Source: Octopus vulgaris (lineage: Eukaryota). From it: a stretch of 64,000 nt of DNA. Both the position numbers and the translations under genes were made by a program. This document shows, piece after piece, positions 14,062-31,300 of this stretch. The stretch is taken from positions 148,800,001 through 148,864,000 of the forward strand of contig OX597816.1 in assembly GCA_951406725.2 (NCBI GenBank), written 5' to 3'. The notes under the pieces are model-generated. The model had not been told where the DNA came from. It made no database searches and saw only the letters and a program-made list of their open reading frames with translations. Numbering within the stretch: the first letter of the stretch is position 1; each line of letters opens with the position of its first letter.

Positions 14062-16777
14062 GAAAGGAAACGGGTGGAGCCTCCTTCTCCTCATGAGCTG
14101 ATTAATGATACATCTAATGATAGTGTCACAATACAAACACTGGTAATTGCGAAACCTGATAATCGCTACCTCATATGAGTGAATAACGGTGGTAATGAAA
14201 CTGAAGCCAATGATGGTGACAGTGTTACACCCGGTAAGCTCGGAGATTCTGGTCCGGCTCCAGCCTGTCGATATCCAGGAAAGGACCACCACACACGTCG
14301 TAGATGGAGCAAGCAAATTAATGCTGTGGTCATGGAATATTACTACCTGAGCAGCCCGGTAGATGAAAATGGTGCTCAAATCAGTGGTTACCGAGAGAAA
14401 AGGGATTGTTTCAACTCACGGAACAGAGACTATGCTATCAAGCTAGAGCAGTAAAAAAGAAATTGTTGGTTCACAGAAGTAGAGCTCGAAGCTATCAAAA
14501 GACGGCTCATGGAAAATAGCAGCAGAGATAACAATGAAAATACAGTTCTTACTAATAAGAGTAATCCCATAGCAAAGGAGAGGAGCAGTGGTAGTTTACT
14601 TGATGAGAGACATATAGATGATCGAAAAGAAGACAATAAAACTAATTGCTACATGACAGATGAAAAAAAGGCAATCTACGATAGAATGACGATGAGACTA
14701 CAGAAGAACGATGGCGACATTATTTGCAACCTTAAAAAGGTAGATTGATGGAAATTGAACCAAGAAACGAAAAATGTCAATGAAATTCTGAAATACATCA
14801 GAACAAACAACATCACAGAAACAAATAATTTGATCAAGGCAGCAAGTATTGTTGTAATAGAAAATGTGGGTGTCGATGTCAAGAAAAAGAAACATAATGG
14901 GAGTGACAAAACAAAAGATCCATGGTGGAAAAGAAGAATCCAGACAGGGTTATACATGCTCTCGAAGGAAATCTCTGTGTTAGACCGAAAAGAGAAAGGG
15001 GAATACAGGGTGCGGAAAAAGGAAGTATAATATTGAAAGAAAGAGCCTGAAACTAGTAATGGAGGAACTGAAGCAGCGCCTCGTTGCAAAGAAAGCAAAG
15101 ATGGTAAGATACGACCAAACAATGAAAGGCTACCACCAGAATAGGTTATTCAGAGTAGATCAGAAGAGATTCTATAAAGAAATAAATGGAGAGTGTACAG
15201 ATGAAAAGTTGATACCAGATAACATTGAAAGTCAAAGGTTTTAGAGTGACATCTGGAGCAAAGATAAATATCATAAGAAGGATGCTGAATGGTTGAATGG
15301 TTGCAAGAACTGAAACGAACAGTAGTGTGTCCAAAAGAGGCGGAACTAGTCATTTCAGTTAGGGAAGTGAAGGAACTCAGTAAAAAATGAGCAACTGGTA
15401 GGCCCTGGGACCAGGTGGAGTTCAAGACTACTTGATCAAAAGATTTGGTGAATGTCATGCGCGAATAGCTGCGCAACTCAACACCTTGTTAAATGCCGAC
15501 CAAGTAACACCAGAGTGGTTGACATTGGGTAGGACAGATCTGTGCCTGAAAAACATCGAAAAAGGCAATACGGTAGACAATTACAGGCTAATATCCTGTT
15601 TGCCACTTATGTGGAAGTTATTGACTGGAATACTCGCAGAGTCAATGTACGAAAATCTGGAAAAAATGGAGTCCTGCCACATGAGCAGAAGGGTTGCAAG
15701 CGTAAGTGCAGAGGTACCAAGGATCAACTCCTGATAAACAAAACTACACTTAGAAACTGCAAGAAGAGAAAAAGTAATTGAGCCATATCATAGATCGACT
15801 ATCGTAAGGCGTACGATATGATCCCACATTCTTGTATTATGGAATGTATGAACCTATTTGGTATTGCATCGAATGGTGAGCGATTGCTGGGAAAAAGTAT
15901 GACGCATTGGAGGACGGACCTGAAAGCATACGGAAGAAGTTTAGGGACAGTAGAAATCAGGATGGGCATCTTCCAAGGCGACTGCCTGACACCACTAATC
16001 TTTCTACTGTGCATGATACTACTAACACTGATTCTCGGGAAAGCAAAAGCTGGGTATGTATTAAAAAGCCGCCAACAGAAAGTCAACTATTTGTATTCAT
16101 GGATGATCTCAAACTTTATGGTAAAGATGAAGCCCAAGTCAGTTTCCTCGTTGATACGATATATACCTTCAGTGCTGATATCAGAATGGAGTTCGGACTG
16201 AGAAAGTGTGGTGTGTTAGTCTTGAAGAGAGGCAAAATCAAATGTATGGACGGGCTAACGATACCGTCGGGGTGATTATGAAGCAGATAGAAGAGACGGG
16301 CTATAAGTACTTGGGGATTTTGGAAATGGATAAATTGATGGTGAAAGAAATGACATAAAAATTTAAGGTAGAGTACTTGCGCAGACTGAGACTGATCCTT
16401 ATGTCGAAATTAAACGGACGGAATAAGATTGAAGCTATCAACACCTGGGCGGTTTCACTCCTTAGATATGGAGTAGGGGTAATCGCATGGACAGTAGATG
16501 AACTAAACAGCTTAGACAGAAAGACAAAGAAGTTGCTAACTAGATATGGATCACTTCACTCAAAAAGCGACACAAGACAGACTGTTTGTACCAAGTAAAA
16601 GAGGGGAAGAGGACTTATTGGATGCGAACACAGTATTGGAGCAGAAGAAAACAACATAGCATGGTATTAAGAATGTCACAGGACCGCTATTATTAGAAGT
16701 AGGAAGGTCAGGCTTGTATAGGATGAAAGATTGACAAGATAAAGTACCACACAAGAAATTGAAAACGAATGAAACTG
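14062..16777 (+). mobile_element. R4/Dong-clade LINE retaining its 5' region, 3'-truncated
   Basis: N-terminal RRRWSKQINAVVMEYYYLSSP, then DPWWKRRI, QNRLFRVDQKRFY, GIFQGDCLTP, FMDDLKLY and KIEAINTWAV. Confidence 0.9.
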
Positions 16778-17090
16778 ACACTCCAGGTGCCAATCGCCCT
16801 TTCTTGGTCTATGCTTGATCCAGGACTGTAGCTCTATCAATGAGACATGCTGCGGAAAATCCTGCCTAACAAAAGGCGACCACATCTGCTCACTGTTAAG
16901 AAAACGTTGGAGATAGCGAAGCCTCATCGCATGTCTACGCATCATTATCCATGGCATGCCGTCCTCCACTCAGCGGCCATTGACAGCATATGGACCATCT
17001 GACGAGTGGAACACGACCCTTTAACAGAAAGCGGAAGAGCAAGCGCTCCAACTTTGTCAGCCATGAAGCAGGACAAGGGACGACGGGCAG
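16778..17090 (-). mobile_element. Tx1/L1 ORF2 post-RT fragment
   Basis: Minus-strand frames give KLERLLFRFLLKGRVPLVR..ICCQ and GMPWIMMRRHAMRLRYLQRFL. Confidence 0.7.
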
Positions 17091-17123
17091 GTAGTAGTAG
17101 TAGTAGTAGTAGTTGTTGTTGTT

Positions 17124-17197
<74 letters not shown>
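17091..17197. repeat. (TAG)n/(TTG)n microsatellite
   Basis: Read directly from the sequence. Confidence 0.97.
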
Positions 17198-17198
<1 letters not shown>

Positions 17199-17859
17199 TC
17201 GTCATAAACATTATTGGTAACAATAAAGATTATGATGATGAAAATGATGATAACATTGATGATTACGATCATCCTCAGTATCATCATTGTCGTCGTCATC
17301 ATCATCATTATCAGCAGCAGCAGCAGCATCAAACCCTTTCATACGTTTCCAAATAAAGTGATTCAGTGTAATGCAATGTCCTTTCTTCGTTGACTTTTTT
17401 ATCCTCTTGTCGGACTTATACCATTTTAATTTTACCAGATAAAATACAGTTTTATTATTGATTTAGTGACGGTTGAGAGCGAAACAATGGATAAAAAATC
17501 TTTTTTGTAAAGTAGAAAAACAGAAGAAGAATAAAAAAAAAATGGTAAAAGCCGTTTTTCTAAATTTTTATCGGGTATCTGAAGAATTCGGTAAGTTAAA
17601 TTTATTGAAATTTTGTCCCATGCCGTTAGTGTTTATTTGATTAAATTTGATAAAGACTGATGTGTTTTGGAAAACTATAGATGGGAATTCAGATTCCTTT
17701 GAGACGGGGCCTTTTTCAGAGATTTTTCAGATTTCTTCTTTTTTCTACTTTGAATTTTCTAATTGATAAAACTAAGATGTGCTCATGAGCCTGAAATTGA
17801 TTTAGTGAGTTTTGAAGAAAGAAACATCAGAGAAATGGAGAGACTGAATCGAGAAATAT

Positions 17860-18135
17860 ATTGAAACTGAAATTCAGAAGCCGTGGTCTACGTAGCACAA
17901 GTAACGTTTACGAACGCCAGAGAGACATTGCATATACAGAAAAGCATCGGGGCAACAGAGAGAATACTTTAAGGACAGATTGAATAATCATAGATGATCT
18001 TGTAGGGTCCAGGAAAGGCAAAATGTCACAACTTCAGGCAGTCATATATGGCGATTTAAAAGAAGCAACATCGTATAACATCACCTGGAAGTTATTGAAA
18101 GGTCTAGATAGTATCTTAATGGAAGTAGGAAATGC
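17860..18135 (+). mobile_element. Penelope-like GIY-YIG endonuclease relic
   Basis: Frameshifted EAVVYVAQV...IGATE..FKDRLNNH...SHIW...YNITWKLLK...NGSRKC. Confidence 0.55.
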
Positions 18136-18830
18136 AGGCACAATTTGGCGGAGAAGAGGATCATTTTCCACCAAGCAATGCGTTTTCCTAACCTTGGAAG
18201 GCAAAAGTCGCTCCAGTGCAACTCGATCATGCCTGGTTTTATACTTTCTAGGGGCAAGGACTGAGCAACCGGCAACAATGTGATCAAGTTTGTCATTTCA
18301 GAGTCTACACTTTGTGCCTACCTCATTGTATGTGACATTAGCGTGATAGTCCCGGGTGAGGAGACTCTGATTTTGTGCCGCAAGGACAAATCGTTCTGTT
18401 TCGGCCTTCAAACCAGCACCCTGCAACCACTGAAGGGTTCTTCTCATAACTACACCAGCTTCCCCATCTCGTTTGGAGTATTTCTCATGCAATGGTTTTT
18501 CTTACCACAGTCTCGATATTTCATGCAGGCTTTCCTGTTTGGCTTTTGTTTTACGCCTTTTTTTTTTTGCTGCCTTAGTGGATCATGGTGTTAGCTGTCA
18601 GTTTACCACGTTTGAATGAAATTTTTACATATTTGTCAATGCCAAATTCCATATCGATATCATCACTGAATGTTTTTCACATATTTACTAGTAACCCTTT
18701 TAGATCCTTGTCATCTTTTGCATATAATTTCAGATCATCCATGTAGAGCAAGTGTGATACGATCTTATCAAACATTTTGCAACCATAATTAGTTCTATTC
18801 AGCTCCATACCGAGACAAAACTATAACATA
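18136..18830 (-). mobile_element. R4/Dong LINE fragments
   Basis: WLQGAGLKAETERFVLAAQNQSLLTR..KCRL, plus SHLLYMDDLKLYAKDD at ~18710-18760. Confidence 0.85.
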
Positions 18831-19413
18831 TTCGTATCATAATTTTTTTTTTTTTTTGTGCAAAATAGTCCTCGCTGAAAAGCTTTTTATTTCAGAGATT
18901 TCCTTCTCCTATATGGATCGTCTTCACTACCTACAGGTGAGCACTATCAACCCTGGACTACATTGGATGGCACTCGACTCTCCTGATTTCCTCTGTTCTT
19001 TGACTGGTATTGTTTTCACCTCGTAAAGTGTTCAGAAATCACCCTCCTCGCCAAACTAGCTTGGTGGGGTTGCCGGTTTAGTTGCCCGATCATGCAACAT
19101 ATATATATTTTATGTTTAACCTTTTACTTGTTTCAGTCCTCTCTCTCCCTCTAATTATCACATTCTGGATATTCCTCTGTATCAAGGGAGGACGACCAGA
19201 AGGTATCTATGACAATTTGCAACATTATAGACACTTTAAAAACAAGTAGCGAAAGCACAATGCATGTTACTAAGCCATACTTGCTGGGCACTGATAGCTT
19301 GTCACGCATGTTTGTGTATGTGCGTGAGAGAGAGAGAGAGATAGAGAGATAGAGAGAGAGAGCGTCTGTGTGTGTGTGTGTATCTGTGTGTGTGTGTGTG
19401 TGTGTGTCTGTGT

Positions 19414-19471
<58 letters not shown>

Positions 19472-19605
19472 TCAAAACTGTGTAATGAATGGTATATATG
19501 TTTATCCGGAAGGCAGGTTTTTCAGGAGCATTTTATTCACATACCTGCACACAAGCAATACAAAGTATAATATATATTATATACATTTTTACATACATAC
19601 ATCCA

Positions 19606-19921
<316 letters not shown>

Positions 19922-20164
19922 AAAGTATAGAAGCCATATTAAGATAGCTTCTATACTTTACATTATCGAGCGATTACTGTTTACATCTCATTCTGAGATT
20001 TAATGATGCCTATATATATATACATATATATACATACATGCATACATACATGCATACATACATACATGCATACATACATGCATACATACACACATACATA
20101 CATACATACATATACATACATATACATACATACATATACATACATACATACATACATACATACA

Positions 20165-20196
<32 letters not shown>

Positions 20197-20644
20197 CACG
20201 CACATACATATGTGTGTATAGACAGATAAATCTTTATTTACATGCTCGAGTCTGTGTGTGTATACGCGCTCAAGTGAAGTCAAAACTGAGTAATGAATGG
20301 TGTATATATCTATTTATGTTTATCTGTATATGTTTTTCAGGAGCATTTTATTCACACACCTGCACACTTTCAGTATTTCTGATTTTTTTTTTAGAATATG
20401 AAAAAGTTGAATCAAGATGCTATGCTTCACTGTCAAGCATAGGTTGCATCTCTTTTGATGATTCTTTCCTGACATGAAGCTGGTTAGTGACTGTGTGGAA
20501 TGGTACCCTCATTTCTCTCGGTTAAAATATATATTCTGTAAATATATTGAATCTTCTTTCTTCCTGAGGAAGCAATACAAAATATTATACATATTATACA
20601 AGGAAGCAATACAAAGTATCATATATATTATATACATTTTTTAC

Positions 20645-20736
<92 letters not shown>

Positions 20737-21314
20737 GTACACATACATATACAAACACATACATATGTGTGTATAGACAGATAAATCTTTACATGTTCGA
20801 GAGAGCGTGTGTGTGCATGTGTGTGTACGTGTGTGTGTGCTATTGTTATGTTATTCATACATTTATTCACAACACCATTCCAAGAATATATGAGACGTGT
20901 TTCTCTTAGCAACGCTTTTCGATAACATCTACATAATAAGAATTTATACCTTCACATCATACTGTCATTTTATTTTTGTTACGTCAAATCTACTTCAAGT
21001 CGGAAAAGTTTTGGAAATTTGAAATAGTCAATAATATAGCTGTCCAGATTCAATTATCGATTTCTGCCAACTGAATGTTCTATAAGGATGAAGTCAAATT
21101 AGCCCGGGATAATTTTTATATATTTCTTGTTACAAAGAATTATTTATTTTCTTTTTCTGGTGTTGAGACTTTTTTGTTATATATAAATATATTTAATATA
21201 TGATTTTACATATGTGTTAATCATATTTAAGTATGTGCGTGTATACATACATATATATATATATATATAATGTATATATATATATATATACATTATATAA
21301 TATATATATAAATA

Positions 21315-21346
<32 letters not shown>

Positions 21347-21999
21347 GCACGCACACACATTATATAATATATATAGAGAGAGATATAGATATAGATATAC
21401 ATATAGCTAATGTAGTTTTAAGATTTTCGCTCCAGGAAAGAAGCAATCGATTTAAATGGTTAAAATGAGATGAAAACTATATCTGTATCGAATTTAGAAG
21501 CCTTTATATTTATTTCTGTAAACTTTTTCCCAATTGCTGCGTGTTAATAAAAGGGGAAAATACAGTTAAACATTGATTTGCCAAAGAAACATGACGTTAT
21601 TCGGAGATGAAATATGTCCTGTCACTAGCTATTTTTAAAACAATAAAGATTGGTATATCAGCTTGTATTTTTAACTTGCAATTGCCAACTTTGACATATC
21701 AATACAAATACGAAAAAATAATCCCTTTTCTAAAGAAAGTTTTACTCACTACAAAGATTTCATTTCGTTATATATGTATTCAAAGAGGAAAATGAATGTG
21801 TACATATATGTATATATATAATACTTTATTTTATATGTATTCACATACATATACACGCACATATATATATATGTATGTATACATACACGCACACACTCAC
21901 ACACACATACACACACACACACATACATACATACATACATATATATATATATACAGATACCTACACGCACATGTTATGCATACATATTCATTATGTGTG

Positions 22000-22072
<73 letters not shown>

Positions 22073-23184
22073 GTGGTAAAGCATGATATACTGATTTGGC
22101 AACTTATATATATGTGTGAGTGTGTGCATACATATATACATACACACATACGAATGAGCATGCGTGTAAGTCTTCATATTTATATTAATATATATAAATA
22201 TATATCACATATCATATATAATATATATACATGTTTCAATTTAAGTATATGTGTACATGCGCGTGTATATATTCGTACATACTTACATGTGCATGCACAC
22301 ATGTAAATTTATGTGTGTACGTTGCTATTTAATTTAATTTTCTTTGTAAAATGCAATGAATTAATAAAAACAAAAATTCTTTTGTAATCAATACCGAGGT
22401 AATAATTTCAAAATTGGAATTACTATTTCTTGCTTGAAAATCTAATTTTCGTCAGTTGATTGTCTGAAAATTGTCAGAGAATATTGAGAAAAGCATCACA
22501 TTATTGGTAAGTTCAGCAACATATAGTATACGTTATATTCTTTAAGCTAAAATAATCGAAAAGAGAAGAATCTAGTAAAATTAATAAAATACCAAATAAG
22601 GTGTTGCATTATAACTTAGCGGTATAATGTTCGAAGAATAACAGTTTTTCGAATGTCAATTTTTTTCCATATATTACCCACTATCTTTCTTGCTAATAGA
22701 TTTCCAACTTGATTTTTAGATTCAAAACTGGTTGAGGTGATTTACTTCTTTCATTTGCAATATCTTCTCCATATCTTGACATAAAACAGCGAAGTTTGCA
22801 AGTTTGAATAATAAATATCTTTAAAATATCCTGTTTTGTCCCATAAATTTGCAACGTATTTTGCCCAAATAAGATCAACAATACACAGTTTTATCTAAAA
22901 TTGTTGCTTCAGAAAATTAACTTTACCACTCTAAATATTTCTTTTAAGGTTTAATTAGATATGAAAGAGCAACTTTCATGGCGACAATTTTGCATAAACC
23001 TTCAAGACTGACTGGAAGAGTTGGTGTGGGAAACAAATTGGTAATTTGATCAGAATGCTAACAACAGAGAGGACTCCACCAAAAGTACGCAAGTGGCTAC
23101 TGTTTCTGTTAAAATGACTGACGATTTAACACAGCCACGATCTACAACACTCCCAAAACAGGTACATCTCATCAGGCAAGTTTC

Positions 23185-23330
23185 AACACAGTTTCTGTTT
23201 ACCAAATTTGATTTACAAGACTTGAGTCAACCTGAGAATATAGTAGAAAATACATTTGTCTAAGACGCTGCGCAGTGAGATCGGACTAGGAAGCGTATGA
23301 TAGGGAAATGATCTTTTTACAACACAGTCA
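23185..23330 (-). mobile_element. Degenerate tRNA/CORE-like SINE fragment
   Basis: Similar to the reverse complement of the 52677 SINE (CAGTTTCTGTTTACCAAAT..TATAGTAGAAAA..). Confidence 0.5.
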
Positions 23331-24211
23331 CCCAGAAACAATCTACAATGATTAATGGAGTTGGTCTGACATTGCTAAACGATACAAAAAAATCACGTAA
23401 AATATAACGTCCAAAGAAGGAAGTCCGCGAGAAAATTACGCACTGTCATTGATGTTGCTATTATCACCTCGGTCATTCCTAACAAAGCACTTTAAAGCCG
23501 GCTTTTCAAAGTGTGTCGAGGAATATATTATCCATTTCACTTTACATTTTATCAAGAGGGTAGTATGTAAACTAAATTTGGGGGGTCATTATTTCTCTAC
23601 GTGAATAGCGATTATTTCTAGATGTTTAAAGAGATCGAATCTAAAACATTGTTACTGCTAATGATTATTAGATTTCAGACATTGTAAACCTGTAAGGACG
23701 TTATTACAACTGAAAATATTATCCACCAGAGCCAGTTTGTAGCTAATTTTGCACAATCATTTTTATTTGGCTTGCCAAAGATGTATTAATGCACATCATT
23801 GTCAAATAAGTATATGTTCGGACAGCTAGTCGAATTGATAACATGTTGGACTAACAACCGAAATATGCTACAGTTAAAGCAATTAAATTGTCCAGGTTGC
23901 TTAGCTATAAATAGGTACCAAGAGTTATTATAGGGGACTCCTGTAGGCAGTCGTAAAAACACGGAAAAATTAGTAAACATTTCGTTTTTGCATGACTAAA
24001 TTATTGCCTCCTCTGATATAGGCTATAGAGTGAACATCCTGTCTCATTCATTATGTACTACATAAATGCAAACTTTCCACACAATTAATTATGGGTTCCA
24101 ACACTAATTAAGTAATACGTTCCAATGACTTTTTCTTTTGCATAAATTATTAGAAAGGAATATACAAAAATAGATCAGTTGCGGTCAATTGAAAGTTCGA
24201 CATTTTTTTTT

Positions 24212-24612
24212 CTAGTTTCAGCTCAGAGCTGTGGTCATGTTGATGCACCGCCGTTTTGCTACACTGTTATTACTAAGAGCCTCCTTTAATATGTGGCACT
24301 TGGTAAAGCATGGAGTTTGATACAGCTACCCTCATTTGCACCTCTTGCCGTGAGGTAGGTTCATCTGGGACTCTTGACAGGAAGAGGTCCAGCTTCGATT
24401 TAGAAAACCCTACATCTACTTTGTGCAAGTTCCTCAGACTCTGGGAGAATATTAAAAAGCTGTGGGCCCTTGAAACCCAGGATGTTGAAGTAACTGGTCC
24501 TGAAGCGTGATGGCATTGCTGGGACCTTTGGCACTATGCAGTGTCGTCCCATTCTGGCATTGGTGTAGCTTTCAATGCCAAAATTTAGTAATCTTTTACC
24601 AACACTGCCACA
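24212..24612 (-). mobile_element. CR1/L2-group LINE 3' end
   Basis: Minus strand gives FQGPTA/QLFNILPESEELA..KLDLFLSRVPDEPT..SNSML (frameshifted), typical of CR1-group ORF2 C-termini. Confidence 0.6.
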
Positions 24613-25354
24613 TGTACGTGACGAATGCTCTTGTTAATTGACAAAAAACACACTCCATGTACTTTGTAAACAAGTATCGAAGGTAAAACCTGGAGCATTG
24701 CATAATTTATGAATGCTTTTGTTGGCTTCAAATCTTGATTGTCTACTCTTCGATATATTACTACAAATTCCCAAGCTTAATCCTCAACAGAATATTTTTT
24801 CCTTGCAACTCATATTTTTCTCTCTCATTTTAAAGTGTTACATTCTCTGCATTAAACTGTAAATATTCATGTACATTTATTTTTTATAAAAATCCAAACT
24901 ATGCTCGTTCTTATGGGTTTACATCAGTTTTAACAGTCAAACTTGGTCCGAGATGAAAATATCGTTGATCATAGATACGCACTGTGGTAAGATTGCTGGG
25001 CTTCGTGTTGTTGCTGTTTGTACTCTCAATTAAAATTATGTTATTTTTTCTAAGATACAAAAATTCTGATATGAGCTGATGACCCGAATGCTATTAGTTC
25101 GTCACCTTATTACCTTGCTTGTTTTACATCTGCAATCACAGGACGAAACCTAAATCTTTCAGGAAAGGACTTTTCCACTTAATACTAAACAAATAATATT
25201 ACAAACTTATTACAAACTTATTTATAGGGCAATAGCGCAATTCGAGACCGCGATATTGTTCCGAATTCCAGTCGGAGCCATTTCACTTTTAATTTTATCC
25301 TTCACTTGCCTCTAAGGAAAGATACTAACATCAAAATTGGTAATTCGCCCTCAA

Positions 25355-25429
<75 letters not shown>

Positions 25430-25897
25430 CGTGCGCGCGTGTGTGTGTGCGCGTGTGTGTGTGCGCGTGTGTGTGTGCGCGTGTGTGTGTGCGCGTGTGT
25501 GTGTACATGGATGGAAGGCGCAGCAGTTAAAACAATCTTTTGCACTTCTTGCCGGGATGGTAAACCAGAGATCATCCTCAAATATTTTCACTTCCTTTTT
25601 TAACCATTCCAAGTGCTCCTACAATCATTGGTATTGCAACCGCCTTGAGATGCCACATTATTTTCGATTTCAATGAACAAATCTTTACATTTTCTGAATT
25701 TGTCAAATTCTTTTGAAGAATTATTATGATCACAAGGAGTATTCATGTCTATCAGTAAATAGACTTTATAATTAGAATTTTCTGTAGGTCGTGCAGCTCA
25801 TCCCGGTAAAAAGGTCCCTGAATAAGGGTTGTTTAAGGATGATGAACGAAACAGTCATATTTATTATTATTTATTTATTATTATTATTATTATTATT

Positions 25898-27914
<2,017 letters not shown>

Positions 27915-28292
27915 GCCTTTGCACAGCTTCTAACGCTGGAGATGTACTACGGTGTCAGCTGTTCACTACCAGTGAACTAAGGTAACACCTCTTATTTTTC
28001 GAGCACCTTCCGGAGTATTCGAGCGGTTCCAAGCAGTGCTGTTTTCTGCAAGTGCTCCACCCTTATTGCAGCCCCTATTTGTTCCATGTACTTCTCGATA
28101 TTTTTACTCACTGTTACCAGGGCTCCGATAATTTGGTACCACTACCACCTTTTTCATTGACCACAACTGTTTTACCTCCCAATCTAACTTGTAATACCCA
28201 TCGACAATTCTTTCTTCCTTATCGCATACTTTGTCAACTGGACATGCTATATCTATGATCCAGCATAGTTTGGTTTCTTTCTCAATTAAGAC
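27915..28292 (-). mobile_element. R4/Dong LINE 3' fragment of a different family
   Basis: Minus strand gives KLCWIIDIACPVD..LQKTALLGTARILRKVLE. It is embedded between (TTA)n tracts. Confidence 0.85.
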
Positions 28293-28357
<65 letters not shown>

Positions 28358-28549
28358 GTTTGCTTTAGTTCATAAACGAAAAATAAAAATAGCTTTAGAT
28401 AGACAAATTCGCCGAACATTCTTTTCCTTGCGTCTCTTTAAATATTGCATGATGAATGTAATTCTCTTTGAAATGTATAAATATTCTCAGTATATTTTTT
28501 TAGTGATGCCCCAACAAATACAACAGAGTAATAGTTTCCCTAATTTCGA

Positions 28550-31300
28550 CATGAATATTGCGTTTTTTGTAAAACAGCTTTGAGACAGACCTTATATCTT
28601 ACCTTCGGTTTTTAATGAGGTTTTCCCAGAATATAGTTCTCCAAAGAGTAGACCCTTTGGTGTTAATTCCTTTTCCATACGAACTACGTTGACCTGCCTA
28701 CCTAAGTCTGCTACGTTACAAAAGAACTTCTCTAACCCTAACTCTAACTTCTCTGAATACAAAACTTGCTTTCTTCCAGACATCATTCACATAATATAAC
28801 AAAAGACAAAATTTGTCGAAGACAGTATTGCTAAAGATGCTTCAAGTGATTAATATGTTTTGACTGCATTGTCCATGTTTCAGAATCATACAACAAAGCA
28901 GACAAAATGTTTGCTTTGAAAATAAATATTTCAATGTTATTTCGTAAATATCTTTAAGATTATTATGAAGATTGTTATTTTGCAAAAGATATTAACTTCT
29001 GAATTCTATTTGCGATTTTTCCATCGAGTTATTACCATCTCTGTTTAACAAGCTACAAATACATTTGAAGGGCGATATGATTTTCAAATTTTGGAATCCA
29101 CGCATAACAGTTATATAAATGTTTATTATGAAACCTAATTCCAATGAAATTTTGTTCATCAGAGTTTATAGATCTTTTTCATTGTCTACATGTTCCCTGT
29201 CATCAGCGCACAAGAGGTATTGTATCAGAGAGTCAGAAGTGTGAAATTTAGAATGAAGCTGATGGAGGTCGAATAACTTGCTAGTTGTACTATAGTCTCT
29301 GAAAGAGATTGAAAAAGATTATTGTGAAATATATGGCACACAGACTAAAAATGACACTTCACAAATTATAATACATGCTCCCATGTCATCATTGGAGGAA
29401 TTTGATAATATTTGTGAATATATCAGGACAACTATCTGAGAACCGCCCATAACACATCACGGTTCACTGAATTAAAGGCCTTAGTGAGATCACTGAAGCA
29501 GTGAAAGAGGTCAAGTGTCTACGCAGTACTTTTCTCTTGTGATTAACGAGTGGAAAACAGCAATTCATTGGTTGTTCATCCAGTACGATAACCTGACTGA
29601 CACTTGAAAAGAAAGAATATTCAATATTTTCCATGCTACACTAAGGAGACACGCAGTAGTTCGCGAACGAATCATCACGTGCCTAAACTACACTTTCCTT
29701 TCTTCAGTACTTTCAACAAAGCATCTCTACAATTTTGAGAAACTATGTCATTTTCTCACAGATTATACATATATCACTGTTCGAAACATCCTATTTTGCC
29801 CTAATATATCTGAAATCAATACTAGGATTTTATAAATTTTTAGATTTGGCAAAGTAATTCTTACTTCATTCGAAGTTGGTGGATTATCAAGTAAGTTTTT
29901 CTCTGAAATTTGCTGGAATTAGTTCGAAAAAGAGCAATCAATGTTTAATGAACATTTTAGCAGCTCACTAATATTCTTGTCATCACTGAAGGATCTTACC
30001 CGAATCTTTAAAATGAGATTTACTATCCATAGCTTTTATGGGAGCAGTGGAAATTGAGTGAAGACCCTAAATTTGATTTATAAAAGAGTGAATCTTCTGA
30101 AGATTCAAATCATGAAAAAACATTAAATTCATCCCATATTTTTCATGGTCTGGATTTTTTTACTTTACAGCTAGGTCTGAGAATTTTTATTTTAACAAAA
30201 TTATTTCATAAGTCTTTTTGCGCGGATATTAAAATGTGTATATACTTATACTTTTCATCAAACCGGTCCTTAATTTTGGATTTTATTACATCCCATTACT
30301 TTTGATAAATCTCTTTTTTTTTTCTGAAGTCACCCTCTTTGATAGTATCTTCCAATGAACAAAAAATACTTCCAAAGAGAATGCTCTAAATTACGCCTGA
30401 CAGATATTTTACTTATTTTACGACTTTGAACGCTTTTTAGAAGTTTAACATTTTAGTTTTTAGCTTTGATCCTTACTTTGAACTTCGGTTTGGTTCATAC
30501 AAGGTCATGATCTATGTAAACGGTGCAGCATCTCTTGAAACCCGAATATCCTGCTAGTTGAGTGTAAAATCAACTATTCACTATTTCTGATAACCAGGAT
30601 AAATTCAAGTTCCTTTGTGAATTTCTTTATGGTCAAACAAGGAGTTATAAAGAGATTCAATTGTGTGTACATTTGTAGCCCAAATAAATCATTGGTGTTT
30701 GAATTGCTTTGACTCATTCTATGATGTGCCATGGAGCCCCATATTTCAAATCTTCACCAACTAATGTGTTGCAGTCCCCAAAAATTAATATTTTATCTTC
30801 AAATTTTTCCGAATAATACTTTTTAGTTTCTCATTTAACATACTTACAGATTTTTGCTTTTACTTGGACCCCCTTATTGTTAATGTACCGGCACTGATGA
30901 GCGTCACTGAGTAGCCATAAAATACAGACATGGTCTGGACATAAGTCTATCATTTAAGTCAGTATGATTTAGTACTTTTTCTTTTACTACAAAACCCACT
31001 CTAGGCTCCCTCCTCTGGTTACCATCTCTTCCAAGTCAAAAAATAACGTAAGCATTATTCTTTTAATACTTTGGCAGTCACCAGTAAAACGGATCTTAGA
31101 TAAAGTACCTGTGATAATTTCAAAGGCTGTTTTCTTTCGACAGATTTCTCATTATTAATTAATATTCTTAAAGTCCAAAAACCAATCAGAAAATCAGACA
31201 CGTACTTTACGACAGTCGTGTAATGACGACCTGGACCAACTGCCCTCCTTTGGAATCCCTGCCAAGACAAACCTGCAAGCATGAGAGTTTTATATTTCAT
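28550..31300 (-). mobile_element. Ancient near-full-length RTE/BovB-type LINE, heavily decayed
   Basis: Collinear minus-strand remnants: VGFVVK..NDRLMS, TLISA, EDKILIFGDCNTLVG, DHDLV (APE); LDNPPTSNEV; DLTKAFNSVNR..LW (RT); and VVRMEKELTPKGLLFGEL (C-terminus). Confidence 0.75.

Noticed and set aside
22693-22900. Minus-strand VDLIWAKY reminiscent of a PWWP domain start
   Set aside because: No PWWP motif follows and the frame closes, so it is likely chance.
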